Translations under genes and position numbers: made by a program | From: the human T2T-CHM13v2.0 reference genome, Homo sapiens | Assembly: GCF_009914755.1 (NCBI RefSeq) | Contig: NC_060942.1 | Strand: one strand, 5' to 3' | DNA: 64,000 nucleotides | The notes under the pieces: model-generated | Seen by the model: only the letters and a program-made list of their open reading frames with translations | Told to the model about the DNA's origin: nothing | Database searches by the model: none | In this document: in pieces, positions 38,401-50,058 of the stretch | How positions within the stretch are numbered: the stretch's first letter is position 1 | Layout: each line of letters begins with the position of its first letter

Positions 38401-41400
38401 GACAGAGAGTTGAACATTCCCTATCATAGAGCAGGTTGGAATCACTCCTTTTGTAGTATCTGGAAGTGGACATTTGGAGCGCTTTCAGGCCTATGTTGAA
38501 AAAGGAAATATCTTCCCATAACAACTAGACACAAGCATTCTCAGAAACTTGTTTGTGATGTGTGCCCTCTACTGACAGAGTTGAACCTTTCTTTTCATAG
38601 AGCAGTTTTGAAACACTCTTTTTGTAGAATCTGCAAGAGGATATTTGCATAGCTTTGAGGATTTCGTGGGAAACGGGATTGTCTTCAGGTAAAATCTAGA
38701 CAGAAGCATTCTCAGAAACTTCTTTGGGATGTTTGCATTCAAGTCACAGAGTAGAACATTCCCTTTGGTAGAGCAGGTTTGAAACACTCTTTTTGTAGTA
38801 TCTGGAAGTGGACATTTGGAGCGCTTTCAGGCCTATGTTGGAAAGGGAAATATCTTCCCGTAACAACTAGGCAGAAGCATTCTCAGAAACTTATTTGAGA
38901 TGTGTGTACTCAACTAAGAGAATTGAACCACCGTTTTGAAGGAGCAGTTTTGAAACACTCTTTTTCTGGAATCTGCAAGAGGATATTTGCCTAGCCTTGA
39001 GGATTTCGTTGGAAACGGGATTGTCTTCAGATCAAATCTAGACAGAAGCATTCTCAGAAACTTCTTTGGGATGTTTGCATTCAAGTCACAGAGTAGAACA
39101 TTCCCTTTGGTAGAGCAGGTTTGAAACACTCTTTTTTTAGTATATGGAAGTGGACATTTGGAGCGCTTTCAGGCCTACGTTGGAAAAGGAAATATCTTCC
39201 CATAACAACTAGACAGAAGCATTCTCAGAAACTAGTTTCTGATGTGTGTCCTCAACTAACACAGTTGAACATTTCTTTAGACAGAACAGTTTTGAAACTC
39301 TCTTTTTGTGGAATCTGCAAGTGGCTATTTGGCTAGATTTGAGGATTTCGTTGGAAACGGGATTACATATAAAAAGCAGACAGCAGCATTCTCAGAAAGT
39401 TCTTTGTGATGATTGCATTCAAGTCACAGAATTGAACATTCCCTTTCACAGAGCAGGTTTGAAACACTCTTTTTGTAGTGTGTGTAAGTGGACATTTGGA
39501 GCACTTTCCGGCCTAAGGTGAAAAAGGAAATATCTTCCCATAAAAACTAGACAGAAGCATTCTCAGAAACTTACTCGTGATGTGTGTCCTCAACTAAAGG
39601 AGTAGAACCTTTGTTTTCATAGAGAAGTTTTGAAACGCTCTTTTTGTGGAATCTGCAAGTGGATATTTGGCTAGTTTTGAGGATTTCGTTGGAAGCGGGA
39701 ATTCATACAAATTGCAGACTGCAGCGTTCTGAGAAACATCTTTGTGATGTTTGTATTCAGGACACAGAGTTGAACATTCCCTATCATAGAGCAGGTTGGA
39801 ATCACTCCTTTTGTAGTATCTGGAAGTGGACATTTGGAGCGCTTTCAGGCCTATGTTGGAAAAGGAAATATCTTCCCATAACAACTAGACAGAAGCATTC
39901 TCAGAAACTTATTTGAGATGTGTGTACTCAACTAAGAGAATTGAACCACCGTTTTGAAGGAGCAGTTTTGAAACACTCTTTTTCTGGAATCTGCAAGTGG
40001 ATATTTGGCTAGCTTTGGGGATTTCGCTGGAAGCGGGAATACATATAAAAAGCACACAGCAGCGTTCTGAGAAACTGCTTTCTGATGTTTGCATTCAAGT
40101 CAAAAGTTGAACACTCCCTTTCATAGAGCAGTCCTGAAACACTCCTTTTGTAGTATCTGGAACTGGACTTTTGGAGCGCTTTCAGGGCTAAGGTGAAAAA
40201 GGAAATATCTTCCCATAAAAACTGGACAGAAGCATTCTCAGAAACTTGTTTATGCTGTATCTACTCAACTAACAAAGTTGAACCTTTCTTTTGATAGAGC
40301 AGTTTTGAAATGCTCTTTTTGTGGAATCTGCAAGTGGATATTTGGCTAGTTTTGAGGATTTCGCTGGAAGCGGGAATTCATACAAATTGCAGACTGCAGC
40401 GTTCTGAGAAACATCTTTGTGATGTTTGTATTCAGGACAGAGAGTTGAACATTCCCTATCATAGAGCAGGTTGGAATCACTCCTTTTGTAGTATCTGGAA
40501 GTGGACATTTGGAGCGCTTTCAGGCCTATGTTGAAAAAGGAAATATCTTCCCATAACAACTAGACACAAGCATTCTCAGAAACTTGTTTGTGATGTGTGC
40601 CCTCTAGTGACAGAGTTGAACCTTTCTTTTCATAGAGCAGTTTTGAAACACTCTTTTTGTAGAATCTGCAAGAGGATATTTGCATAGCTTTGAGGATTTC
40701 GTGGGAAACGGGATTGTCTTCAGGTAAAATCTAGACAGAAGCATTCTCAGAAACTTCTTTGGGATGTTTGCATTCAAGTCACAGAGTAGAACATTCCCTT
40801 TGGTAGAGCAGGTTTGAAACACTCTTTTTATAGTATCTGGAAGTGGACATTTGGAGCGCTTTCAGGCCTATGTTGGAAAGGGAAATATCTTCCCGTAACA
40901 ACTAGGCAGAAGCATTCTCAGAAACTTATTTGAGATGTGTGTACTCAACTAAGAGAATTGAACCACCGTTTTGAAGGAGCAGTTTTGAAACACTCTTTTT
41001 CTGGAATCTGCAAGAGGATATTTGCCTAGCTTTGAGGATTTCGTTGGAAACGGGATTGTCTTCAGATCAAATCTAGACAGAAGCATTCTCAGAAACTTCT
41101 TTGGGATGTTTGCATTCAAGTCACAGAGTAGAACATTCCCTTTGGTAGAGCAGGTTTGAAACACTCTTTTTTTAGTATATGGAAGTGGACATTTGGAGCG
41201 CTTTCAGGCCTACGTTGGAAAAGGAAATATCTTCCCATAACAATTAGACAGAAGCATTCTCAGAAACTAGTTTCTGATGTGTGTCCTCAACTAACACAGT
41301 TGAACATTTCTTTAGACAGAACAGTTTTGAAACTCTCTTTTTGTGGAATCTGCAAGTGGCTATTTGGCTAGATTTGAGGATTTCGTTGGAAACGGGATTA

Positions 41401-42604
41401 CATATAAAAAGCAGACAGCAGCATTCTCAGAACGTTCTTTGTGATGATTGCATTCAAGTCACAGAATTGAACATTCCCTTTCACAGAGCAGGTTTGAAAC
41501 ACTCTTTTTGTAGTGTGTGTAAGTGGACATTTGGAGCACTTTCCGGCCTAAGGTGAAAAAGGAAATATCTTCCCATAAAAACTAGACAGAAGCACTCTCA
41601 GAAACTTACTCGTGATGTGTGTCCTCAACTAAAGGAGTAGAACCTTTCTTTTCATAGAGAAGTTTTGAAACGCTCTTTTTGTGGAATCTGCAAGTGGATA
41701 TTTGGCTAGTTTGGAGGATTTCGTTGGAAGCGGGAATTCATACAAATTGCAGACTGCAGCGTTCTGAGAAACATCTTTGTGATGTTTGTATTCAGGACAC
41801 AGAGTTGAACATTCCCTATCATAGAGCAGGTTTGAATCACTCCTTTTGTAGTATCTGGAAGTGGACATTTGGAGCGCTTTCAGGCCTATGTTGGAAAAGG
41901 AAATATCTTCCCATAACAACTAGACAGAAGCATTCTCAGAAACTTATTTGAGATGTGTGTACTCAACTAAGAGAATTGAACCACCGTTTTGAAGGAGCAG
42001 TTTTGAAACACTCTTTTTCTGGAATCTGCAAGTGGATATTTGGCTAGCTTTGGGGATTTCGCTGGAAGCGGGAATACATATAAAAAGCACACAGCAGCGT
42101 TCTGAGAAACTGCTTTCTGATGTTTGCATTCAAGTCAAAAGTTGAACACTCCCTTTCATAGTGCAGTCTGAAACACTCCTTTTGTAGTATCTGGAACTGG
42201 ACTTTTGGAGCGCTTTCAGGGCTAAGGTGAAAAAGGAAATATCTTCCCATAAAAACTGGACAGAAGCATTCTCAGAAACTTGTTTATGCTGTATCTACTC
42301 AACTAACAAAGTTGAACCTTTCTTTTGATAGAGCAGTTTTGAAATGCTCTTTTTGTGGAATCTGCAAGTGGATATTTGGCTAGTTTTGAGGATTTCGTTG
42401 GAAGCGGGAATTCATACAAATTGCAGACTGCAGCGTTCTGAGAAACATCTTTGTGATGTTTGTATTCAGGACAGAGAGTTGAACATTCCCTATCATAGAG
42501 CAGGTTGGAATCACTCCTTTTGTAGTATCTGGAAGTGGACATTTGGAGCGCTTTCAGGCCTATGTTGAAAAAGGAAATATCTTCCCATAACAACTAGACA
42601 CAAG

Positions 42605-45313
42605 CATTCTCAGAAACTTGTTTGTGATGTGTGCCCTCTACTGACAGAGTTGAACCTTTCTTTTCATAGAGCAGTTATGAAACACTCTTTTTGTAGAATC
42701 TGCAAGAGGATATTTGCATAGCTTTGAGGATTTCGTGGGAAACGGGATTGTCTTCAGGTAAAATCTAGACAGAAGCATTCTCAGAAACTTCTTTGGGATG
42801 TTTGCATTCAAGTCACAGAGTAGAACATTCCCTTTGGTAGAGCAGGTTTGAAACACTCTTTTTGTAGTATCTGGAAGTGGACATTTGGAGCGCTTTCAGG
42901 CCTATGTTGGAAAGGGAAATATCTTCCCGTAACAACTAGGCAGAAGCATTCTCAGAAACTTATTTGAGATGTGTGTACTCAACTAAGAGAATTGAACCAC
43001 CGTTTTGAAGGAGCAGTTTTGAAACACTCTTTTTCTGGAATCTGCAAGAGGATATTTGCCTAGCCTTGAGGATTTCGTTGGAAACGGGATTGTCTTCAGA
43101 TCAAATCTAGACAGAAGCATTCTCAGAAACTTCTTTGGGATGTTTGCATTCAAGTCACAGAGTAGAACATTCCCTTTGGTAGAGCAGGTTTGAAACACTC
43201 TTTTTTTAGTATATGGAAGTGGACATTTGGAGCGCTTTCAGGCCTACGTTGGAAAAGGAAATATCTTCCCATAACAACTAGACAGAAGCATTCTCAGAAA
43301 CTAGTTTCTGATGTGTGTCCTCAACTAACACAGTTGAACATTTCTTTAGACAGAACAGTTTTGAAACTCTCTTTTTGTGGAATCTGCAAGTGGCTATTTG
43401 GCTAGATTTGAGGATTTCGTTGGAAACGGGATTACATATAAAAAGCAGACAGCAGCATTCTCAGAAAGTTCTTTGTGATGATTGCATTCAAGTCACAGAA
43501 TTGAACATTCCCTTTCACAGAGCAGGTTTGAAACACTCTTTTTATAGTGTGTGTAAGTGGACATTTGGAGCACTTTCCGGCCTAAGGTGAAAAAGGAAAT
43601 ATCTTCCCATAAAAACTAGACAGAAGCATTCTCAGAAACTTACTCGTGATGTGTGTCCTCAACTAAAGGAGTAGAACCTTTCTTTTCATAGAGAAGTTTT
43701 GAAACGCTCTTTTTGTGGAATCTGCAAGTGGATATTTGGCTAGTTTGGAGGATTTCGTTGGAAGCGGGAATTCATACAAATTGCAGACTGCAGCGTTCTG
43801 AGAAACATCTTTGTGATGTTTGTATTCAGGACACAGAGTTGAACATTCCCTATCATAGAGCAGGTTTGAATCACTCCTTTTGTAGTATCTGGAAGTGGAC
43901 ATTTGGAGCGCTTTCAGGCCTATGTTGGAAAAGGAAATATCTTCCCATAACAACTAGACAGAAGCATTCTCAGAAACTTATTTGAGATGTGTGTACTCAA
44001 CTAAGAGAATTGAACCACCGTTTTGAAGGAGCAGTTTTGAAACACTCTTTTTCTGGAATCTGCAAGTGGATATTTGGCTAGCTTTGGGGATTTCGCTGGA
44101 AGCGGGAATACATATAAAAAGCACACAGCAGCGTTCTGAGAAACTGCTTTCTGATGTTTGCATTCAAGTCAAAAGTTGAACACTCCCTTTCATAGTGCAG
44201 TCTGAAACACTCCTTTTGTAGTATCTGGAACTGGACTTTTGGAGCGCTTTCAGGGCTAAGGTGAAAAAGGAAATATCTTCCCATAAAAACTGGACAGAAG
44301 CATTCTCAGAAACTTTTTTATGCTGTATCTACTCAACTAACAAAGTTGAACCTTTCTTTTGATAGAGCAGTTTTGAAATGCTCTTTTTGTGGAATCTGCA
44401 AGTGGATATTTGGCTAGTTTTGAGGATTTCGTTGGAAGCGGGAATTCATACAAATTGCAGACTGCAGCGTTCTGAGAAACATCTTTGTGATGTTTGTATT
44501 CAGGACAGAGAGTTGAACATTCCCTATCATAGAGCAGGTTGGAATCACTCCTTTTGTAGTATCTGGAAGTGGACATTTGGAGCGCTTTCAGGCCTATGTT
44601 GGAAAAGGAAATATCTTCCCATAACAACTAGACAGAAGCATTCTCAGAAACTTATTTGAGATGTGTGTACTCAACTAAGAGAATTGAACCACCGTTTTGA
44701 AGGAGCAGTTTTGAAACACTCTTTTTCTGGAATCTGCAAGTGGATATTTGGCTAGCTTTGGGGATTTCGCTGGAAGCGGGAATACATATAAAAAGCACAC
44801 AGCAGCGTTCTGAGAAACTGCTTTCTGATGTTTGCATTCAAGTCAAAAGTTGAACACTCCCTTTCATAGAGCAGTCCTGAAACACTCCTTTTGTAGTATC
44901 TGGAACTGGACTTTTGGAGCGCTTTCAGGGCTAAGGTGAAAAAGGAAATATCTTCCCATAAAAACTGGACAGAAGCATTCTCAGAAACTTGTTTATGCTG
45001 TATCTACTCAACTAACAAAGTTGAACCTTTCTTTTGATAGAGCAGTTTTGAAATGCTCTTTTTGTGGAATCTGCAAGTGGATATTTGGCTAGTTTTGAGG
45101 ATTTCGTTGGAAGCGGGAATTCATACAAATTGCAGACTGCAGCGTTCTGAGAAACATCTTTGTGATGTTTGTATTCAGGACAGAGAGTTGAACATTCCCT
45201 ATCATAGAGCAGGTTGGAATCACTCCTTTTGTAGTATCTGGAAGTGGACATTTGGAGCGCTTTCAGGCCTATGTTGAAAAAGGAAATATCTTCCCATAAC
45301 AACTAGACACAAG
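42605..45313 (+). repeat. 16-mer HOR structural variant (2709 bp, includes a 1-bp deletion); tetramer duplicated at 43965-44638 / 44639-45313
   Basis: Landmark spacing 43315 to 46024 = 2709 bp; duplicate ORFs at 43978 and 44652. Confidence 0.95.
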
Positions 45314-47348
45314 CATTCTCAGAAACTTGTTTGTGATGTGTGCCCTCTACTGACAGAGTTGAACCTTTCTTTTCATAGAGCAGTTTTGAAACACTCTTTT
45401 TGTAGAATCTGCAAGAGGATATTTGCATAGCTTTGAGGATTTCGTGGGAAACGGGATTGTCTTCAGGTAAAATCTAGACAGAAGCATTCTCAGAAACTTC
45501 TTTGGGATGTTTGCATTCAAGTCACAGAGTAGAACATTCCCTTTGGTAGAGCAGGTTTGAAACACTCTTTTTGTAGTATCTGGAAGTGGACATTTGGAGC
45601 GCTTTCAGGCCCATGTTGGAAAGGGAAATATCTTCCCGTAACAACTAGGCAGAAGCATTCTCAGAAACTTATTTGAGATGTGTGTACTCAACTAAGAGAA
45701 TTGAACCACCGTTTTGAAGGAGCAGTTTTGAAACACTCTTTTTCTGGAATCTGCAAGAGGATATTTGCCTAGCTTTGAGGATTTCGTTGGAAACGGGATT
45801 GTCTTCAGATCAAATCTAGACAGAAGCATTCTCAGAAACTTCTTTGGGATGTTTGCATTCAAGTCACAGAGTAGAACATTCCCTTTGGTAGAGCAGGTTT
45901 GAAACACTCTTTTTTTAGTATATGGAAGTGGACATTTGGAGCGCTTTCAGGCCTACGTTGGAAAAGGAAATATCTTCCCATAACAATTAGACAGAAGCAT
46001 TCTCAGAAACTAGTTTCTGATGTGTGTCCTCAACTAACACAGTTGAACATTTCTTTAGACAGAACAGTTTTGAAACTCTCTTTTTGTGGAATCTGCAAGT
46101 GGCTATTTGGCTAGATTTGAGGATTTCGTTGGAAACGGGATTACATATAAAAAGCAGACAGCAGCATTCTCAGAACGTTCTTTGTGATGATTGCATTCAA
46201 GTCACAGAATTGAACATTCCCTTTCACAGAGCAGGTTTGAAACACTCTTTTTGTAGTGTGTGTAAGTGGACATTTGGAGCACTTTCCGGCCTAAGGTGAA
46301 AAAGGAAATATCTTCCCATAAAAACTAGACAGAAGCATTCTCAGAAACTTACTCGTGATGTGTGTCCTCAACTAAAGGAGTAGAACCTTTCTTTTCATAG
46401 AGAAGTTTTGAAACGCTCTTTTTGTGGAATCTGCAAGTGGATATTTGGCTAGTTTGGAGGATTTCGTTGGAAGCGGGAATTCATACAAATTGCAGACTGC
46501 AGCTTTCTGAGAAACATCTTTGTGATGTTTGTATTCAGGACACAGAGTTGAACATTCCCTATCATAGAGCAGGTTTGAATCACTCCTTTTGTAGTATCTG
46601 GAAGTGGACATTTGGAGCGCTTTCAAGCCTATGTTGGAAAAGGAAATATCTTCCCATAACAACTAGACAGAAGCATTCTCAGAAACTTATTTGAGATGTG
46701 TGTACTCAACTAAGAGAATTGAACCACCGTTTTGAAGGAGCAGTTTTGAAACACTCTTTTTCTGGAATCTGCAAGTGGATATTTGGCTAGCTTTGGGGAT
46801 TTCGCTGGAAGCGGGAATACATATAAAAAGCACACAGCAGCGTTCTGAGAAACTGCTTTCTGATGTTTGCATTCAAGTCAAAAGTTGAACACTCCCTTTC
46901 ATAGTGCAGTCCTGAAACACTCCTTTTGTAGTATCTGGAACTGGACTTTTGGAGCGCTTTCAGGGCTAAGGTGAAAAAGGAAATATCTTCCCATAAAAAC
47001 TGGACAGAAGCATTCTCAGAAACTTGTTTATGCTGTATCTACTCAACTAACAAAGTTGAACCTTTCTTTTGATAGAGCAGTTTTGAAATGCTCTTTTTGT
47101 GGAATCTGCAAGTGGATATTTGGCTAGTTTTGAGGATTTCGTTGGAAGCGGGAATTCATACAAATTGCAGACTGCAGCGTTCTGAGAAACATCTTTGTGA
47201 TGTTTGTATTCAGGACAGAGAGTTGAACATTCCCTATCATAGAGCAGGTTGGAATCACTCCTTTTGTAGTATCTGGAAGTGGACATTTGGAGCGCTTTCA
47301 GGCCTATGTTGAAAAAGGAAATATCTTCCCATAACAACTAGACACAAG

Positions 47349-50058
47349 CATTCTCAGAAACTTGTTTGTGATGTGTGCCCTCTACTGACAGAGTTGAACC
47401 TTTCTTTTCATAGAGCAGTTTTGAAACACTCTTTTTGTAGAATCTGCAAGAGGATATTTGCATAGCTTTGAGGATTTCGTGGGAAACGGGATTGTCTTCA
47501 GGTAAAATCTAGACAGAAGCATTCTCAGAAACTTCTTTGGGATGTTTGCATTCAAGTCACAGAGTAGAACATTCCCTTTGGTAGAGCAGGTTTGAAACAC
47601 TCTTTTTGTAGTATCTGGAAGTGGACATTTGGAGCGCTTTCAGGCCTATGTTGGAAAGGGAAATATCTTCCCGTAACAACTAGGCAGAAGCATTCTCAGA
47701 AACTTATTAGAGATGTGTGTACTCAACTAAGAGAATTGAACCACCGTTTTGAAGGAGCAGTTTTGAAACACTCTTTTTCTGGAATCTGCAAGAGGATATT
47801 TGCCTAGCTTTGAGGATTTCGTTGGAAACGGGATTGTCTTCAGATCAAATCTAGACAGAAGCATTCTCAGAAACTTCTTTGGGATGTTTGCATTCAAGTC
47901 ACAGAGTAGAACATTCCCTTTGGTAGAGCAGGTTTGAAACACTCTTTTTTTAGTATATGGAAGTGGACATTTGGAGCGCTTTCAGGCCTACGTTGGAAAA
48001 GGAAATATCTTCCCATAACAACTAGACAGAAGCATTCTCAGAAAGTAGTTTCTGATGTGTGTCCTCAACTAACACAGTTGAACATTTCTTTAGACAGAAC
48101 AGTTTTGAAACTCTCTTTTTGTGGAATCTGCAAGTGGCTATTTGGCTAGATTTGAGGATTTCGTTGGAAACGGGATTACATATAAAAAGCAGACAGCAGC
48201 ATTCTCAGAAAGTTCTTTGTGATGATTGCATTCAAGTCACAGAATTGAACATTCCCTTTCACAGAGCAGGTTTGAAACACTCTTTTTGTAGTGTGTGTAA
48301 GTGGACATTTGGAGCACTTTCCGGCCTAAGGTGAAAAAGGAAATATCTTCCCATAAAAACTAGACAGAAGCATTCTCAGAAACTTACTCGTGATGTGTGT
48401 CCTCAACTAAAGGAGTAGAACCTTTGTTTTCATAGAGAAGTTTTGAAACGCTCTTTTTGTGGAATCTGCAAGTGGATATTTGGCTAGTTTTGAGGATTTC
48501 GTTGGAAGCGGGAATTCATACAAATTGCAGACTGCAGCGTTCTGAGAAACATCTTTGTGATGTTTGTATTCAGGACACAGAGTTGAACATTCCCTATCAT
48601 ACAGCAGGTTGGAATCACTCCTTTTGTAGTATCTGGAAGTGGACATTTGGAGCGCTTTCAGGCCTATGTTGGAAAAGGAAATATCTTCCCATAACAACTA
48701 GACAGAAGCATTCTCAGAAACTTATTTGAGATGTGTGTACTCAACTAAGAGAATTGAACCACCGTTTTGAAGGAGCAGTTTTGAAACACTCTTTTTCTGG
48801 AATCTGCAAGTGGATATTTGGCTAGCTTTGGGGATTTCGCTGGAAGCGGGAATACATATAAAAAGCACACAGCAGCGTTCTGAGAAACTGCTTTCTGATG
48901 TTTGCATTCAAGTCAAAAGTTGAACACTCCCTTTCATAGAGCAGTCCTGAAACACTCCTTTTGTAGTATCTGGAACTGGACTTTTGGAGCGCTTTCAGGG
49001 CTAAGGTGAAAAAGGAAATATCTTCCCATAAAAACTGGACAGAAGCATTCTCAGAAACTTGTTTATGCTGTATCTACTCAACTAACAAAGTTGAACCTTT
49101 CTTTTGATAGAGCAGTTTTGAAATGCTCTTTTTGTGGAATCTGCAAGTGGATATTTGGCTAGTTTTGAGGATTTCGTTGGAAGCGGGAATTCATACAAAT
49201 TGCAGACTGCAGCGTTCTGAGAAACATCTTTGTGATGTTTGTATTCAGGACAGAGAGTTGAACATTCCCTATCATAGAGCAGGTTGGAATCACTCCTTTT
49301 GTAGTATCTGGAAGTGGACATTTGGAGCGCTTTCAGGCCTATGTTGGAAAAGGAAATATCTTCCCATAACAACTAGACAGAAGCATTCTCAGAAACTTAT
49401 TTGAGATGTGTGTACTCAACTAAGAGAATTGAACCACCGTTTTGAAGGAGCAGTTTTGAAACACTCTTTTTCTGGAATCTGCAAGTGGATATTTGGCTAG
49501 CTTTGGGGATTTCGCTGGAAGCGGGAATACATATAAAAAGCACACAGCAGCGTTCTGAGAAACTGCTTTCTGATGTTTGCATTCAAGTCAAAAGTTGAAC
49601 ACTCCCTTTCATAGAGCAGTCCTGAAACACTCCTTTTGTAGTATCTGGAACTGGACTTTTGGAGCGATTTCAGGGCTAAGGTGAAAAAGGAAATATCTTC
49701 CCATAAAAACTGGACAGAAGCATTCTCAGAAACTTGTTTATGCTGTATCTACTCAACTAACAAAGTTGAACCTTTCTTTTGATAGAGCAGTTTTGAAATG
49801 CTCTTTTTGTGGAATCTGCAAGTGGATATTTGGCTAGTTTTGAGGATTTCGTTGGAAGCGGGAATTCATACAAATTGCAGACTGCAGCGTTCTGAGAAAC
49901 ATCTTTGTGATGTTTGTATTCAGGACAGAGAGTTGAACATTCCCTATCATAGAGCAGGTTGGAATCACTCCTTTTGTAGTATCTGGAAGTGGACATTTGG
50001 AGCGCTTTCAGGCCTATGTTGAAAAAGGAAATATCTTCCCATAACAACTAGACACAAG
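47349..50058 (+). repeat. 16-mer HOR structural variant (2710 bp); tetramer duplicated at 48709-49383 / 49384-50058
   Basis: Landmark spacing 48059 to 50769 = 2710 bp; duplicate ORFs at 48722 and 49397. Confidence 0.95.
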
